This document shows positions 1 through 12,280 of a stretch of DNA of 64,000 bases, one piece after another. The DNA comes from Okamejei kenojei. Lineage: Eukaryota. Within the stretch, counting starts at the first letter, position 1; each line of letters starts with the position of its first letter. The DNA is taken from the NCBI GenBank assembly GCA_035221665.1, contig CM069153.1, positions 32,550,001-32,614,000 of the forward strand. Direction: 5' to 3'. The notes below the pieces were generated by a model, which saw only the letters and a program-made list of their open reading frames with translations, had not been told where the DNA came from and did not search any database. The translations under genes and the position numbers were made by a program.

Positions 1-280
1 GGATCAATCCAAACCTCAGGTGCTGTCTGTGCAGAGTTTGCATGTTCATCCTGTGACCACATGTGTTTCCACTGGGTACACCAGTTTCCTCCTACATCTC
101 GGAGATGTGGGGTTGGTAGATTGGCCACTGAATTGCCACTAGTGTTTAGTAGAATTCTGGGGGAAGAGTTGGTAGGAAAGTGTGGAGAACGGAAAATTGA
201 ATTAGTGTGGGATTAGTTTAAATTGGTGGCCAGCACTCGGTATGGGCCAAAAGGGCTTGTTTCACTGCTATGTCTCTCTC
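1..280 (+). mobile_element. Old V-SINE (HE1-like), 5' end outside window
   Basis: V-domain gagtttgcatgttc...gtttcctcctacatc and CR1-derived tail gggccaaaagggcttgtttc. Confidence 0.7.
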
Positions 281-384
281 TGTGACACCTGCCCCATCTA
301 CAGCAGCGTCTGCCATTCCTACACTGGTGTCATTAGCAACCTCAGATCCTCAATCCCAAGGGATAGCCCAAAAACAAGTAGTAA

Positions 385-1100
385 CGAGACCTGGTTGTCC
401 TTGTACACCAGTCACTGAAAGTAAACATGCAGGTACAGCAGGCAATGAAGCAAGCTATTGGCATCTTGGCCTTAATAACAAGAGGATTTGAGTATTGGAA
501 TAAAGAGGTCCTTCTGCAGTTGTACAGGGACCTGGTGAGATCACATCTGGAGTATTGTGTGCAGTTTTGTTCTCCTAATTTGAGGAATGACATCCTTGCT
601 ATTGAGGCAGTGCAGCGTAGGTTCACGAGGTTAATCCCCGGGATGGCGGGCCTATCATATGAGGAAAGATTGGAAAGGCTGAGCTCGTAGTCATTGGAAT
701 TTTGAAGAGTGAGAGGGGATCTTATAAAAACATATACAATTATAAAAAGGACTGGACAAGCTAGATGCAGGGAAAATGTTCCAAATGTTGGGGGAGTCCA
801 GAACAAGGGGCTGCAGTCTAAGAAGAAAGGGGAGGCCATTTAAAACTGAGATGAGGAAAAACTTTTTCACCCAGAGAGTTGTGAATTTGTGGAATTCTCT
901 CCCACAGAAGGCGGTAGATGCCAATTCACTGGATGAGTTTAAAAGAGAATTAGATACAGCTCAAGGGGCTAGCGGAATCAAGGGACATGGGGAGAAGGCA
1001 GGCAAGGGTTACAGATTGTGGATGATCAGCCATGACCACAATGAATGGCGGTGCTGGCTCGAAGGGCCAAATGGCCTCCTCCAGCACCTATTTTCTATGC
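385..1100 (+). mobile_element. CR1/HER1 LINE 3' fragment (RT C-terminus + 3'UTR)
   Basis: EVLLQLYRDLVRSHLEYCVQFCSP...VQRRFTRLIPGMAGLSYEERL and FFTQRVVNLWNSLP; ends in tttctatg. Confidence 0.92.
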
Positions 1101-1460
1101 GGTAACACAAATCTGAAGGTTACAGGAAGGTTGGCAAAGCAATTAAAACAATTGGGTTCTTAGACTTATAAACAGAGGCATGGATTACAAAAACCAGGAA
1201 GTCGTGCTAAACCCATTTATGTCCAACTGAACGGTTGTTTCTTACTCTGGGCAGCACACTTCAGGAAGGACTTGAAGCAGGTACAAAGGAGCTTACTTTG
1301 AATCGTTCCAGGGACAAAGAGTGGCGTGATGAAACCGGAGACGCTGAGATCATTCTACCCGAAGCAGAGGCCAGGTGAAAGGAAATGGGACAAGAGTTAT
1401 TTAAAATCAGGAACAATTTCAGTGGAGGAAGTTACAATACTGCAGTTCACAGACAGCCAC
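1101..1460 (+). mobile_element. Older degraded CR1 fragment
   Basis: Decayed version of the same RT C-terminal nucleotide motifs. Confidence 0.55.
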
Positions 1461-1473
1461 GTTGGCTGAAGGC

Positions 1474-1570
1474 ATAGACACAAAATGCTGGAGTAACTCA
1501 GCGGGACAGGCAGCATCTCTGGAGGGAATAAATGGGTGGCGTTTCGGGTCGTCACCCTTCTTCAGCCTGA
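1474..1570 (-). mobile_element. Penelope-like terminal repeat fragment with hammerhead-like core
   Basis: Matches the 3' terminus of the GIY-YIG-encoding copies at 40375, 49951 and 56140. Confidence 0.8.
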
Positions 1571-2489
1571 AATAGAGTCAGAGTCATACTTTCAGGAATA
1601 TGGGGATAAAGCAAAGAGTGGCACTATCAAAACAGCAGAGAACCTGGTCCTTTTCCTTTGCCATGAGATGACTGGTCATCCCATTCTGTACTATCCAATG
1701 CTTCTAAAACCTGCAAGCATTCACCTTTCCTCTTTCCTAATCACATAAAGAGAGGCTGTTCGGCCCATTGAGTCTATGAGAGTCTTATGAATATAATTTG
1801 GGGCAAGTTGATGGGAATGTGGGGAGAATAAAGTGGGATTAGTGTAGGATTGGTGGAAATGGTGCAAATGGCTGGTTAATGGTCAGCATGGCCCGTTTCC
1901 ATGCTGAATATCTCTCGAATAATCTTTCTGCATCTGCCTTGAAATATTCAAAGGCTCCGCATCCACTGCACTTTAAGGAAGAGCGCTGGGACGATTTACA
2001 ATAATGAGAGAAGATTGGTTTTATGTCTTTAAAAGGATGACCCTTTATTCTTAAAGCATGACCTACGTACATGTCTGTCCAAGACTGCATCAAGTTGCAG
2101 AGAGTTTTGGACGTGGTCCAGTGCATCCCAGAAACCAGCTTCCTCCCACTCCCGTCGTGTTTTTGACATACCCTTCCCACCATCAAGTGCGTGTTGACCT
2201 TTTCCCCCCTTCATACTAGTTCTATGTATCCCACTTTTTCATCCACTCCCTACACAAACTCTTCTATGTATCCCCAATCTGTCTCAACTTTATTTATTTA
2301 TGTTTTTAATTAAATCAGCACTTTCTCTAGCTGGAACACTCTTCTGCACAGCTTCCTTTCTCTTTGCAATACCTGTTATGCTCCAGTATGGTTATGATTG
2401 TAATCACCTACGGATGTTTCTAATCTGGATCGAGTGCAAAACGTTTTTTTTCCACTGTATCTCAGTGCACATGGCAATAATAAACCAAA

Positions 2490-2740
2490 TACCTCGAGAA
2501 ACATCCTCTCCACATGCATCCTATGATGATCATTCAGGACTATGTGTTTCAATAAGTCTTCCTTTAGTCTTCTTTGAATCAGTGAATACAAGCCTGGTCT
2601 GTCCAATCTTTCTCCATAGAACAACCCACCCATTCTAGGAATGCATTCAGTAAACAGCCAATATATCAGCATCCTTAAATAAGGAAAATTGTGTTGTAAA
2701 CAGTATTCCAGATATAGCTCACTAATGCCCTATATAACTG
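2490..2740 (-). mobile_element. CR1 fragment
   Basis: Minus ORF piece IPRMGGLFYGERLDRPGLYSLIQRRLKEDL. Confidence 0.75.
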
Positions 2741-2749
2741 AAGTGGTAC

Positions 2750-3065
2750 ATCGGTGTAGCTGGTAGTGCTGCTATCTCACAGTTCCCGTGCCTCAGGTTC
2801 GATCTTGATCTTCGCTATTGTGCTCCTTAAACGTGCTCTTTCGGGTCTGAAGAAGGGTCTCGACCCGAAACATCACCTATTCCTTCTCTGCAGAAATGCC
2901 GCCTGTCTCGCTGAGTTACTCCAGCATTTTGTGTCTATCTTCGGTGTAAACCAGTATCTGCAGTTCCTTCAAACACACTTTCTACTCAACATGTTGGTTT
3001 GCGCCGGGTGGTCTGGTTTTCTCCCATCAAGCTGTGTGGTTTGGCAGATTAATTGGCCACTGTAA
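2750..3065 (+). mobile_element. V-SINE interrupted by a Penelope terminal repeat (2843-2975)
   Basis: tRNA-like head (tagctggtag...ggttcgatc), then ctgaagaagggtctcgacccgaaac..., then the V-domain resumes. Confidence 0.7.
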
Positions 3066-3589
3066 ATTGCCTCCACTTCCAGAAGGTGGTAAAAGTAATC
3101 CAAGAGAAGTCGAGAGAAAATAAATAGCAGGATTATAGGCAGGTAAAATGAGCAACAATGGAACTGATGATATCGCAGATTGGGAGCAATTGAGACTCCT
3201 CCTGTATGCAACTCGGGGTATTAGGTTATGAGAGTACTCCCAAGCACAGCAGGGATACTCGAGTGAGCTTGTGCCCTCCAAATCAAAGTCCCAGAACAAG
3301 CCCCCTTGTGCCAGAGAACAGCAGTGCAGCTGGCACAGATGAAAGAGAACACTAATGAAAAGGGAAGGGAAGTCTCAAAAGTCAGGCTAACCCTGGGAAA
3401 AGCACAGGGGAGTGAATGCTGAAGATAAAGCAAAGCCAAGCTGCTTCAGCCTTCATCCTGGAAAGATAAATAGATTAATCTCTTCAAAATCTTGACATTT
3501 CCCTAATGTCTACTTTCCTATTAAATATTTTGCTGTCTTTTATTTAATGGACTTTGTAATCTAACAGCCAGAGAGAGAGAGAAAGAGAC

Positions 3590-3710
3590 ATGATTTATGC
3601 CTTATCACAAGACCCGAGGAGCCCCCAGAAGGCTTTGCAGCCAATGCCTTATTTTGAAATGCCATTAGAGGGAAATATATAGTTTGTACAGAGCAAGATC
3701 CCACATTAAT
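3590..3710 (-). mobile_element. DeuSINE (SacSINE1-like) 3' relic
   Basis: Resembles the remembered consensus gctttacagccaatgaagtacttttgaagtg...cagcaagctcccaca. Confidence 0.4.
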
Positions 3711-5124
3711 GCCAAAAGTAGATTTATTTTTCACCCAATATACTTAACTTTAATCCTCAAGAGTATTCTTCCGAGTCACTGGATTACTGGTCCAGTAACT
3801 AATCTTCTACCACTTGTGGACTTGTGAAGAAGATTAAAACACAGTTATAATCTGCAGATTTAAAGATTAAATTGTGGAGAAGCAGCGATAACTCATCGAG
3901 TGCCCCATTACATTTAAGAGCTGGGGAATGGTCTGATGGAGGCATTTATACTGCTGAAATAATTGGTCTGCAAAAATAAGGAATTTGTTTGCAAATAAAT
4001 TATTTCCTCTGGAGTGGAAGTGAGGAATGAATATAATAGGGACGTCAGTCCAATTCAATAGTGAAATCACAGAGTGGAAAATCATAAATTTCCTCTCTCG
4101 AAAAGACTGAGATAATTGGCGAAGTCAAGACAAAAGTCGATTTATATAGAAGTCGAAACCTGAAATATAAACAAAAAAAAAAACTACTGCACAAACTCAG
4201 CAGGTCAGGTGAGCAATGGATAGATGATGTTTCAGGTCAGGTCCCTACATCAGACATACAGGAAATGCTGGAATGACTGACAGAGGTGATAGTTCCAGAC
4301 AAAGGATTGGTCCATGGGTAGTGGAAAATGGAAGACACAGAATCAATATCCCGGGATTGCAACCACAAAAGTGGAAATCTCTCTTGACTCTCCTGAAATT
4401 AAAACAAGACTGGAAACATTTTTGCAGTACAGGGTGCATCAATGGAGAGAGAAACAGAGTTAATGCGTCAATCAACCACCTGGAATGCTAACTCTTACAG
4501 ACAGCCTGAACTTTGTGTTTTATTTCAATGTCCAAAATTGCCACGTTCCGTGTTGGAAAACAGAAAATGTATTGTACGAGAGGCCATTCCACCCATTGTT
4601 TCTGTACAGGCTATAAAATATCTACTAGTCTCCCACTGTCCATTACCGGTGCAACATAGCCCTGCAGGTCATGGCTCTTCAGAAACATGGCCAAAGTTCT
4701 CCTCAAGTCGAGGAAGAGTCTGGCTCTCACATCCTTAAAAGTAGTGAATTCTAGACCCACATCTCAGAGTGTGAAAGCAAAACTTAAATCATTCCTCCAA
4801 ACATTTTCCAATTAATTTTGATTTACACCCTTGGTTTTTGACCACTCTGCCAAGGGAAACAAGTACTTTATAATTGTACACCTCAGTTAAGCTTTGCCTC
4901 AAGACTCCCCTGTTCCAAAGAGAGCAATCCCAGCTTTTCCCATCTTTCCTTAAAGCCCCATTTTCCAGTGTAAATCTCCTCCGCCACCTTATCTTTATTA
5001 CAATGCGGTGACTGAGACACAGTTGTCAACTGATGGCCTGATAGTGCTGTATGTAGTTTGCTGCTCATGTGCCCCAGTTAATAACCACTTTATCCACCTG
5101 TCCTACCAGCTTTAATGATGTTTT

Positions 5125-5340
5125 GCTTAGAGATACAGCGTGGAAACAGGCCGTTCGGCCCATCGAGTCCGCACCAACCGATGATCATCGGTGCACTAGC
5201 TCAATCCTACGCTCAGGCAGTTAACCTACAAACCTGCACATCTTTGGAATGTAGGAGGAAATTGGATCACCCAGAGAAAACGCGCGCAGTCACCCGTAGT
5301 CAGGTTCGAACCCAGGTTCCTGGCGCTGTAAGGCAATGAC
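5125..5340 (-). mobile_element. V-SINE (HE1-like)
   Basis: ttagagatacagcgtggaaacaggcc tail, V-domain and B-box remnants. Confidence 0.85.
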
Positions 5341-6854
5341 ATGGAATGTTCCTAGCATTCACCAGACGACTGCATCAGCCTGGGAACATTCCGATCAGGA
5401 GTTCACTACTCCAACTCAGAGAGTTGGAGACTAGACTCCTGTTACTATACAGCAGAGCTGAGGAAACAGACACATTTTAAAAGTCCGTCCTGGACTGCGA
5501 GCTGGGCTGTGAAGGATGCTGACGTTGAAGAATGCCTCAAAGTTGCATCTGTCTTCCTACACTTGGAATTAATGTATCAGCTCACTGTGCCATGGCTTTT
5601 CTGCCGAGGCAAAAGGCAATGACAGGAGTATAGTGCAGAGGATAAAGGATGACCATGGAGTGCTAATAAGAGTCAGGTGGAAGGCATGTCATGTGGAATA
5701 TGGATTCACACGGACCATTCAAACTAAATGGCCATTTCCACACCGTCACGATTGTGCCGGTAGTTGGGGATGTTAGCGGTGGCTGAACAACAAGAGCAAA
5801 GTTTTACACCCCGTTTGAAGCGTCATATTGGCTGCCGTTGCAATAAGATATTTCAGGACAGTGGGGAATGGTTGTTAGCACCAGTGTTTACCCCGTCACT
5901 AGCTGCTTCCAGTCCTCATGGTAATGATTAACACGAAAACTACGCGAGGACAAGATCAATGACTCACCTCATTCATCAACGTCACACATGCTGAAACACC
6001 ACAGCTCTGCTCAGTCAGGCTGCTCATTACTGCAAATGACGTCCCCCAGATAGCCACAGGAACATTAGCAAAGGGATCTATGTCAGCGTGACTTGTCACC
6101 CATATCTGTCGCTAACCTAAGAGGATTTGGTGGGATGCAGTGGAGTGATATTTGAGATTGAGTTTCTCAGATCAGTATATTTTATTTCCAAAATCCAATT
6201 CTGCACTTCACCTGTGCAATACATATTCTGGATTGCTCTATTGGCTGTAGTGTCCTTGGAACTGCATGGTGATGTATAATGTAGGAGGGGACATTACTTT
6301 GTATGTACCAGGCTATGTATCAACCTTGGGACTGTTTGATGGGTCAATACAGCACAAGGCCTACTCTGCACTGAACCTGGGTTAAGCTTGTTATTTGTCA
6401 CATTAGATGGGACAGTGTAAAACCCCGAGCTTTTCCAGGAACAACCTGTCATCTGAACTGGTTGTCAATGGGCAGCATGCAATATTTTGCATTTTTAAAC
6501 GTTTCTGGTGATCAAGGGCTGAGAAAAGTCAAAATTGAGCCAAATCCTTCCAAGCTTTTACCTCTCCACCTAGAAAGCCGTGAAACTGCAGCAGAACTAA
6601 AAACAAAGGCTTAACAGGTAGAAAACAACGGCAGTTTCTAATAAATAAAAGCAAGGTAACCTTTGCTACCTGAAGATGCACTGTGCAGAACTTTACACAG
6701 CTGACCTAATTATTCTGTGTAGTGACCATTGTTTTCAATAACTTAATGAAATTTTGATCCTACTTGAAAAAAGTGATCAATCTTTGACATTAAATGTAAA
6801 CTGGTACTCATTTGACAGATGTGGCTGCGGCCTAACCTGCTGAGTGAAGCATTG

Positions 6855-7000
6855 TGTTGATCCTTTAGTGTTGCACCACCACATGTAGATGGTAGATAGA
6901 TTAAATAAACTGGAAAGGAAAAGGAAATGCAGAAAATGCACGGTTATGGAAAAAAGATCAGCTTTTTGTTGATCCTTTAGTGTTGCACCACCACATGTAG
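6855..7000. repeat. Perfect 34-bp direct repeat (6855-6888, 6967-7000) flanking an inverted copy of 7713-7780
   Basis: tgttgatcctttagtgttgcaccaccacatgtag occurs twice; the spacer is the near reverse complement of 7713-7780. Confidence 0.9.
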
Positions 7001-7351
7001 CAGGGGATATTGAAACGTGGAGATGGAGAAGCATGGCGGACACAACTCGCCAAAAACTGCTAGAAAGGTACAATTAAAAATGAAAATCAAAAAGAGTTTG
7101 GAATATAAACCTATGTCTCAGTTTTATAGGCAGTTGTCTAGATTACGTGTAAAATATGGGTAAATTATGATAACAGCCCATGGAAAAATATTTTTACAGA
7201 GATTTCTTCAATTTAGAATTTGATGATGTGTTCAGTTGGGTAAGTGCAAAGAAACTGTGTGGCTGATGGAATTTTCCAGAAAATATGCCGAATCTGAAGA
7301 TTACAGGTAGCCCTTTCCAGAGAGAAACTAATATGCTTTTACCTCAGACAA

Positions 7352-7497
7352 GAGATAGACACAAAATGCTAGAGTAACTCTGGCAAGCAGCATCTCTGGA
7401 AAGAAGGAATGGGTGACGTTTCAGGTCGAGACCAGACCACTCCAGCATTGTGTGTCCATCTTCAGTGTAAACCAGCATTTGCATTTCCTTCCTACAT
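7352..7497. mobile_element. Penelope terminal-repeat remnant with partial inverted duplication
   Basis: atagacacaaaatgctagagt...gtttcaggtcgagacc followed by the reverse-orientation actccagcattgtgtgtccatc. Confidence 0.75.
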
Positions 7498-9373
7498 ATT
7501 TCCTCAGACAAAGGTCAGCCGCAATCTGCAATGTGCTCCCAAAAGGCTGGGATTTAGGAGGAATCTGAGCTCTAAGACTGGATGCAGACTTTTGACAGGA
7601 AAGACCTGGAGCCAATAGCGTTGATGTACAGATGTCAGGGTGGAGACAAGGGACAGAGGGAGTAACAGAGTAATGTTGACAGCCCAAGGTTGATAAGAGC
7701 ATATCAAAGTCTAAGCTGATCTTTTTCCATAAACGAGCATTTTCTGCATTTCCTTTCCAGTTTATTTCATCTATCTACCACATAGCATCATTTATTTAAA
7801 TCCTTCAGACCATTAAAATAAATAAGCAGTGGGAGTCACATTGTCTCAGGTTTGAAGGAGAGACTTTGTGATGAGGCACAGCAGAGGAGAACAGTAGATA
7901 ACTGGAGGGTATCTGGAGCCTGGAACGTGTTCAGGAGCATGATCCATCCAATATCAAGTAACTAGAGACAAATAAAGACGATGGAACAGAACAACAGCCA
8001 GATTACTTGCTTCCCCTTACAATATTTTACAATGAAACTCAGGAAAGAGTTCAAAAACAGTTCACCCAACACAATCAAAGTTGAGAAACAATAAGCGAGT
8101 GGAACAGGACAAAGGGGAAAAACAGCAGTTGGATAACAATTTATTCTCAAAATCTGGCGTGACGACAGGTGCCCAGGGAGCCTCCACGAATCAACCACTC
8201 ATCTCAGCTCAGCCTGTGGAGAGCTTTCAAAATGTCTGCAAGTTTTTGTGAAGGGCAAAGGGTTTGCAAGATCCAGCTCTCCCTGAAAGATTTGACAGGT
8301 TACACCAGGCATAGTTCAGTCACTGTGGAGAAACAAGAGGCCGCACAAACAAAAAGAAGCACCAAATAAATTGGGAGTCTGGGAGAGCGGCTGGGTGCGA
8401 GTGATTGGCGCAATGGGAAAGAAAGTGGGGTGAATACTCAAGGGAGAAATCGGAATTAACTCCTGTTTAATGAGATAGTGCCAGAGGAAGATTGTTGACA
8501 CGATGGGCTGAACGGCCTACTAGCAGTGTTTTCCACATCATTCAACATGATGTAGGCAAAACCCCCTTTGTAAAGCTGCCATATTCTTGGGAGCTGCTTC
8601 CGTAGGATCCCAAAGTAGTCCGACTCTTTTCCAGGCCCTGCTTCTCATTTCCACACCCAAAGTTAAACAGCGTTTCAGAAAGATAAAGCATCCTGGCGCC
8701 CGCTTTAATTGGGATCTCTCTCCAGCCACTGCTCTTCCTGCCTGCATGTTATTTTGTGCGTTCTGTACTATTGTGCGTCCAGTTCCGAAGGAGGAGCTGC
8801 CAAGTGCAAAGCCCGCAAGAAGGGAAAAAAACTGTGCAACCACACCCTCCTTCTGAGTCTCTCTACAAAAATAACCTTTGCCACAGCTGCTAAAAATACC
8901 AGCAATTCAGCATGGGCACCCTCTGATTAGTGGAGAGCAGCCACAGGGTGGGTACACTGTGGCTCAGGGGGCAAGAGGGCACAAGTGTAGCAAAATACAG
9001 ATTGCCAGAGTAATCAACAACTATTATCCATCCTGCTAACAAAGGCTTTAAAGTTCCTTCACTCAAGAAAGGGAGCTGTGCAGCTGACTCGGGAGGCCAA
9101 AGGGGGCTCCAGCACAGTAGAGAAATTTAATCCCAAGCCATCAAAGGGACTTTGTGCCACCTTCATCAAACAGCACGACAATCATGCAAAAATCAATATT
9201 CATGTCCAGTGTGATTTTCAACATCAATGGTGCTAAGAAAAAAAATATTTACTCAGATTAATCCAGTTTCAATAATGCCGTTTGACCCAGGAGGGGTCAT
9301 CATTTGCACTGAATTCTTTGTCCTTTCTCAGATCTGACTGGATGTCCGTCCATGCAAAACCAAGCTCACCCTC

Positions 9374-9417
9374 ACGCCCAGCTGCCTAACGAAGAACGCC
9401 CAGCTGCCTAACGAAGA
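9374..9417. repeat. Perfect 22-bp tandem duplication
   Basis: acgcccagctgcctaacgaaga x2. Confidence 0.95.
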
Positions 9418-11067
9418 TCGGGTTGCTGTTGCATCTCAACAGTTTGCTTCTCACTGCCACCTTAGAGAGGTCACTCAAGACGCCATTCTCAATAAGACCC
9501 ATCTACTTTCATCTTTGCAGCATCCAGTCAGTAATGGTACTGCTTGTATTGCAGCACACGCCCAAGATTGTGTCAAGGCTGTGGACATCAGGCTAAGAGA
9601 TGGCAGCTGCAAGAATTTGCAATGGGTCTGTAGAGGAACGCAGTACAGCATGACAGGAAATTTCAACACTCTGTTCCAGGATTCTTACAAATCAAGGCTG
9701 GAAAGTTTGAGAAATGCTTACAAACTGTGCAAGAGCGGCACACAATGCTCTTTTACCACCTTTAAAATGTAAAGTCATGCCCACACCAGGGATTCTGTAC
9801 AGTTACGCTGACAGTAAGCCTTAGCCTCACTAAGAATTCTGCAGTTGGACAAGTCATGTTAACAACCAGCGTTTGTAATCAGTGTTGGGTTCTCAAGGAG
9901 AGCAATAATACTCTCTGCCCCCCTCCTGACCTGCAGCTAGTTTCAAAGAGATGCTTGTTGGTTCTACTCTCCGCTTCATCATATATTTATATATATATAT
10001 AACAGAGACTGCTGCGTGCACTTACTGCTTTAGGCGACTTTCAGATTGGCAGGGTACTGTTGGCATGGCCCTCAACAGCCCCATGCTGAAAACAACAAAG
10101 CCTGTAATGTCTGAATGCAGGAGCCAGTGGCGCTGAAATAGTCTCAATCGGTTACACAATTACTGCTGAACTAGCAAGTGAAAGGCGCCAACAACACTTA
10201 AAACATGTGGGTTCAAAACACCACTAGCCAATGCTAAACATTCACTATGATGTTTGAGCGGTCTCAAGGCCAGATAAAACATCCAAATAAATTAAGGGAA
10301 AAGCCCCTTTTCACATTCCAATTAACATTGTATTTTGTTAACATTGAACAAGTTGCCAGTTCAAGTTGGAATTGGACGGGGGAAGTACAGAATGTTATAA
10401 ACCGATGGGAGCACCTGTGTGAGAAAATTATGTGTGTCACCTGTCATTTTACAAACCCACCATGTGCCACTGTAGCACCCCCATCATAAATTAGTTTGAG
10501 AGCACCAACACCAACACGATTCGGAGGTCACCTTTATCAAGCGACTTGTTGGGCATCGTGCAACTAGCTGAACAATAATAAGACCAGAGTCTCAAAACAT
10601 CCACATCTCCAACATTCAATGAAAACGGATATTGATCAGGGGACACCACATTCCATGCTGCGATGATCGTCCATCACAGGTGGAGTGCAGCACCAATGGA
10701 GGTGTTGCAATGTCTTACAGACATGGTCAGGGGGATATAAAAGGAGGCTTCACATTATTCAAAGGGCAAAGAGGACAGTACTGGGGAAAAGAGCACAATG
10801 ATATTGGCGAATTCCTGATTGTGCGAAATTGGTTACTAAAGCACCGCACTTGAAAAACAAATCTTCAATTTTCACGGCTACAAGTCCAGCTGGGGGAGGA
10901 GATGCCTATTATTTATTTTGTTCCCGTGAGACCAATTTCAGTAGCAGATTAGGCTTTGGACCCAATATTCATGCAAATTTAGGCCATGGTGCCAACTGTA
11001 AAATCAGGACCTTGCGTTTATGCGATAAAAAGCACACGCAAATGCAACAAGAGTGAGAGGAGAAAGG

Positions 11068-11650
11068 GGCGGCATGGTGACGCAGCAGTAGAGTTGTTGC
11101 CTTACAGCATTTTCAGCGCCAGAGACCCGGGTTCAATCCCGATTACAGGTATGGAGTTTGTACATTCAAGATTCAAGAGAGTTTACCACGTGTCCCTGAT
11201 AGGACAATGAAATTCTTGCTTTGCTTCAGCACAATAGAACATAGTAGGCATGAATACAGACCAGATCAGTGTGTCCATATATCATTATATAAATATATAC
11301 ACACACACATGAATAAATAAACTGACAAAGTGCAAATAAACAGATAATGGGCTATTAATGTTCAGAGTTTTGTCCGAGCCGAGTTTAATAGCCTGTGGGG
11401 AAGTAGCTATTCCTGAACCTGCTGTCTTCAGGCTCCTGCACCTTCTACATGAAGGTAGCGGGGAGATGAGTGTGTGGCCAGGATGGTGTTTTCTCGGAGA
11501 TCTTCCACATTACAAAGACATAGAAGTTTGTAGATTAATTGGCTTTGTATAAATGAAAATTGTCCCAAATGTGTGTAGGATAGTGTTAATATGCGGCACA
11601 GACTCGATGGGCTGAAGGGCCTGTTTCCACGCTGTATCTCTAAATTAAAC
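11068..11650 (+). mobile_element. V-SINE split by a Rex1 insertion
   Basis: Head 11068-11165 and remainder 11489-11650 join into one HE1-like SINE. Confidence 0.85.
11166..11488 (-). mobile_element. Rex1/Babar LINE 3' end
   Basis: Reverse complement of the 15450-15783 copy, including the (cttgaa) tail. Confidence 0.85.
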
Positions 11651-11654
11651 ATTG

Positions 11655-12280
11655 ACATTTGTAGAATTCTTAAGAACTTGACATGCAAGACACTGGGAGG
11701 GTGTTTCCCTGTCGGATGAGACGCAAAGATTCAGAATAAGGAAGATCACATTTAGCAAATGAGATGAAGAGGTATTTTTTTTTTTAGATGATGTAAAATC
11801 TTCAGCATTCCGAGGACTGTGGAAACTCAGTCATTGAGTTCATCGAAACAGAGGTCAACAGATTTCTGGGTATTCAGGGAATCGAGGGATTAAAGCCCCT
11901 GTCCCACTTAGGAAACCTGAACGGAAACTTCTGGAGACTTTGCACCCCACCCAAGGTTTCCGTGCGGTTCCCGGAGGTTTTTGTCCTCCAGCAACCACCT
12001 TCAACTAGCATCGCAACCGGCTTCGACTAAAAAATTACAGATTTTTAAAACGGAAACCACTTTCGACCATTAGGGAGACTGACAAAAACCTCCGGAAACC
12101 GCACGGAAACCTTGGGTGGGGCGCAAAGCCTCCAGAGGTTTCCGTTCAGGTTTCCTAAGTGGGACGGGGGGATTAGGAACGGCTTTGGAAAATAGGGCTG
12201 AGGTAGACAATCAGCTATGATCTTGGATGGCAGAGCAGGTGTTAAAGGCCATCTAGCCTACTCCTGCTCGCCATTTCTGA
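11655..12280 (+). mobile_element. Old CR1 3' fragment interrupted by a MITE
   Basis: CR1 3' motifs on both sides of 11894-12172. Confidence 0.65.
11894..12172. mobile_element. PIF/Harbinger-like MITE with ~100-bp TIRs
   Basis: cccctgtcccacttaggaaacctgaacggaaac... matches ...gtttccgttcaggtttcctaagtgggacgggg; flanked by TWA trinucleotides. Confidence 0.85.

Noticed and set aside
8538-8856. Opposing ORFs in a repeat-free block, considered as a possible alternative exon
   Set aside because: No strong splice donor and no similarity to CASKIN sequences; it cannot be supported.
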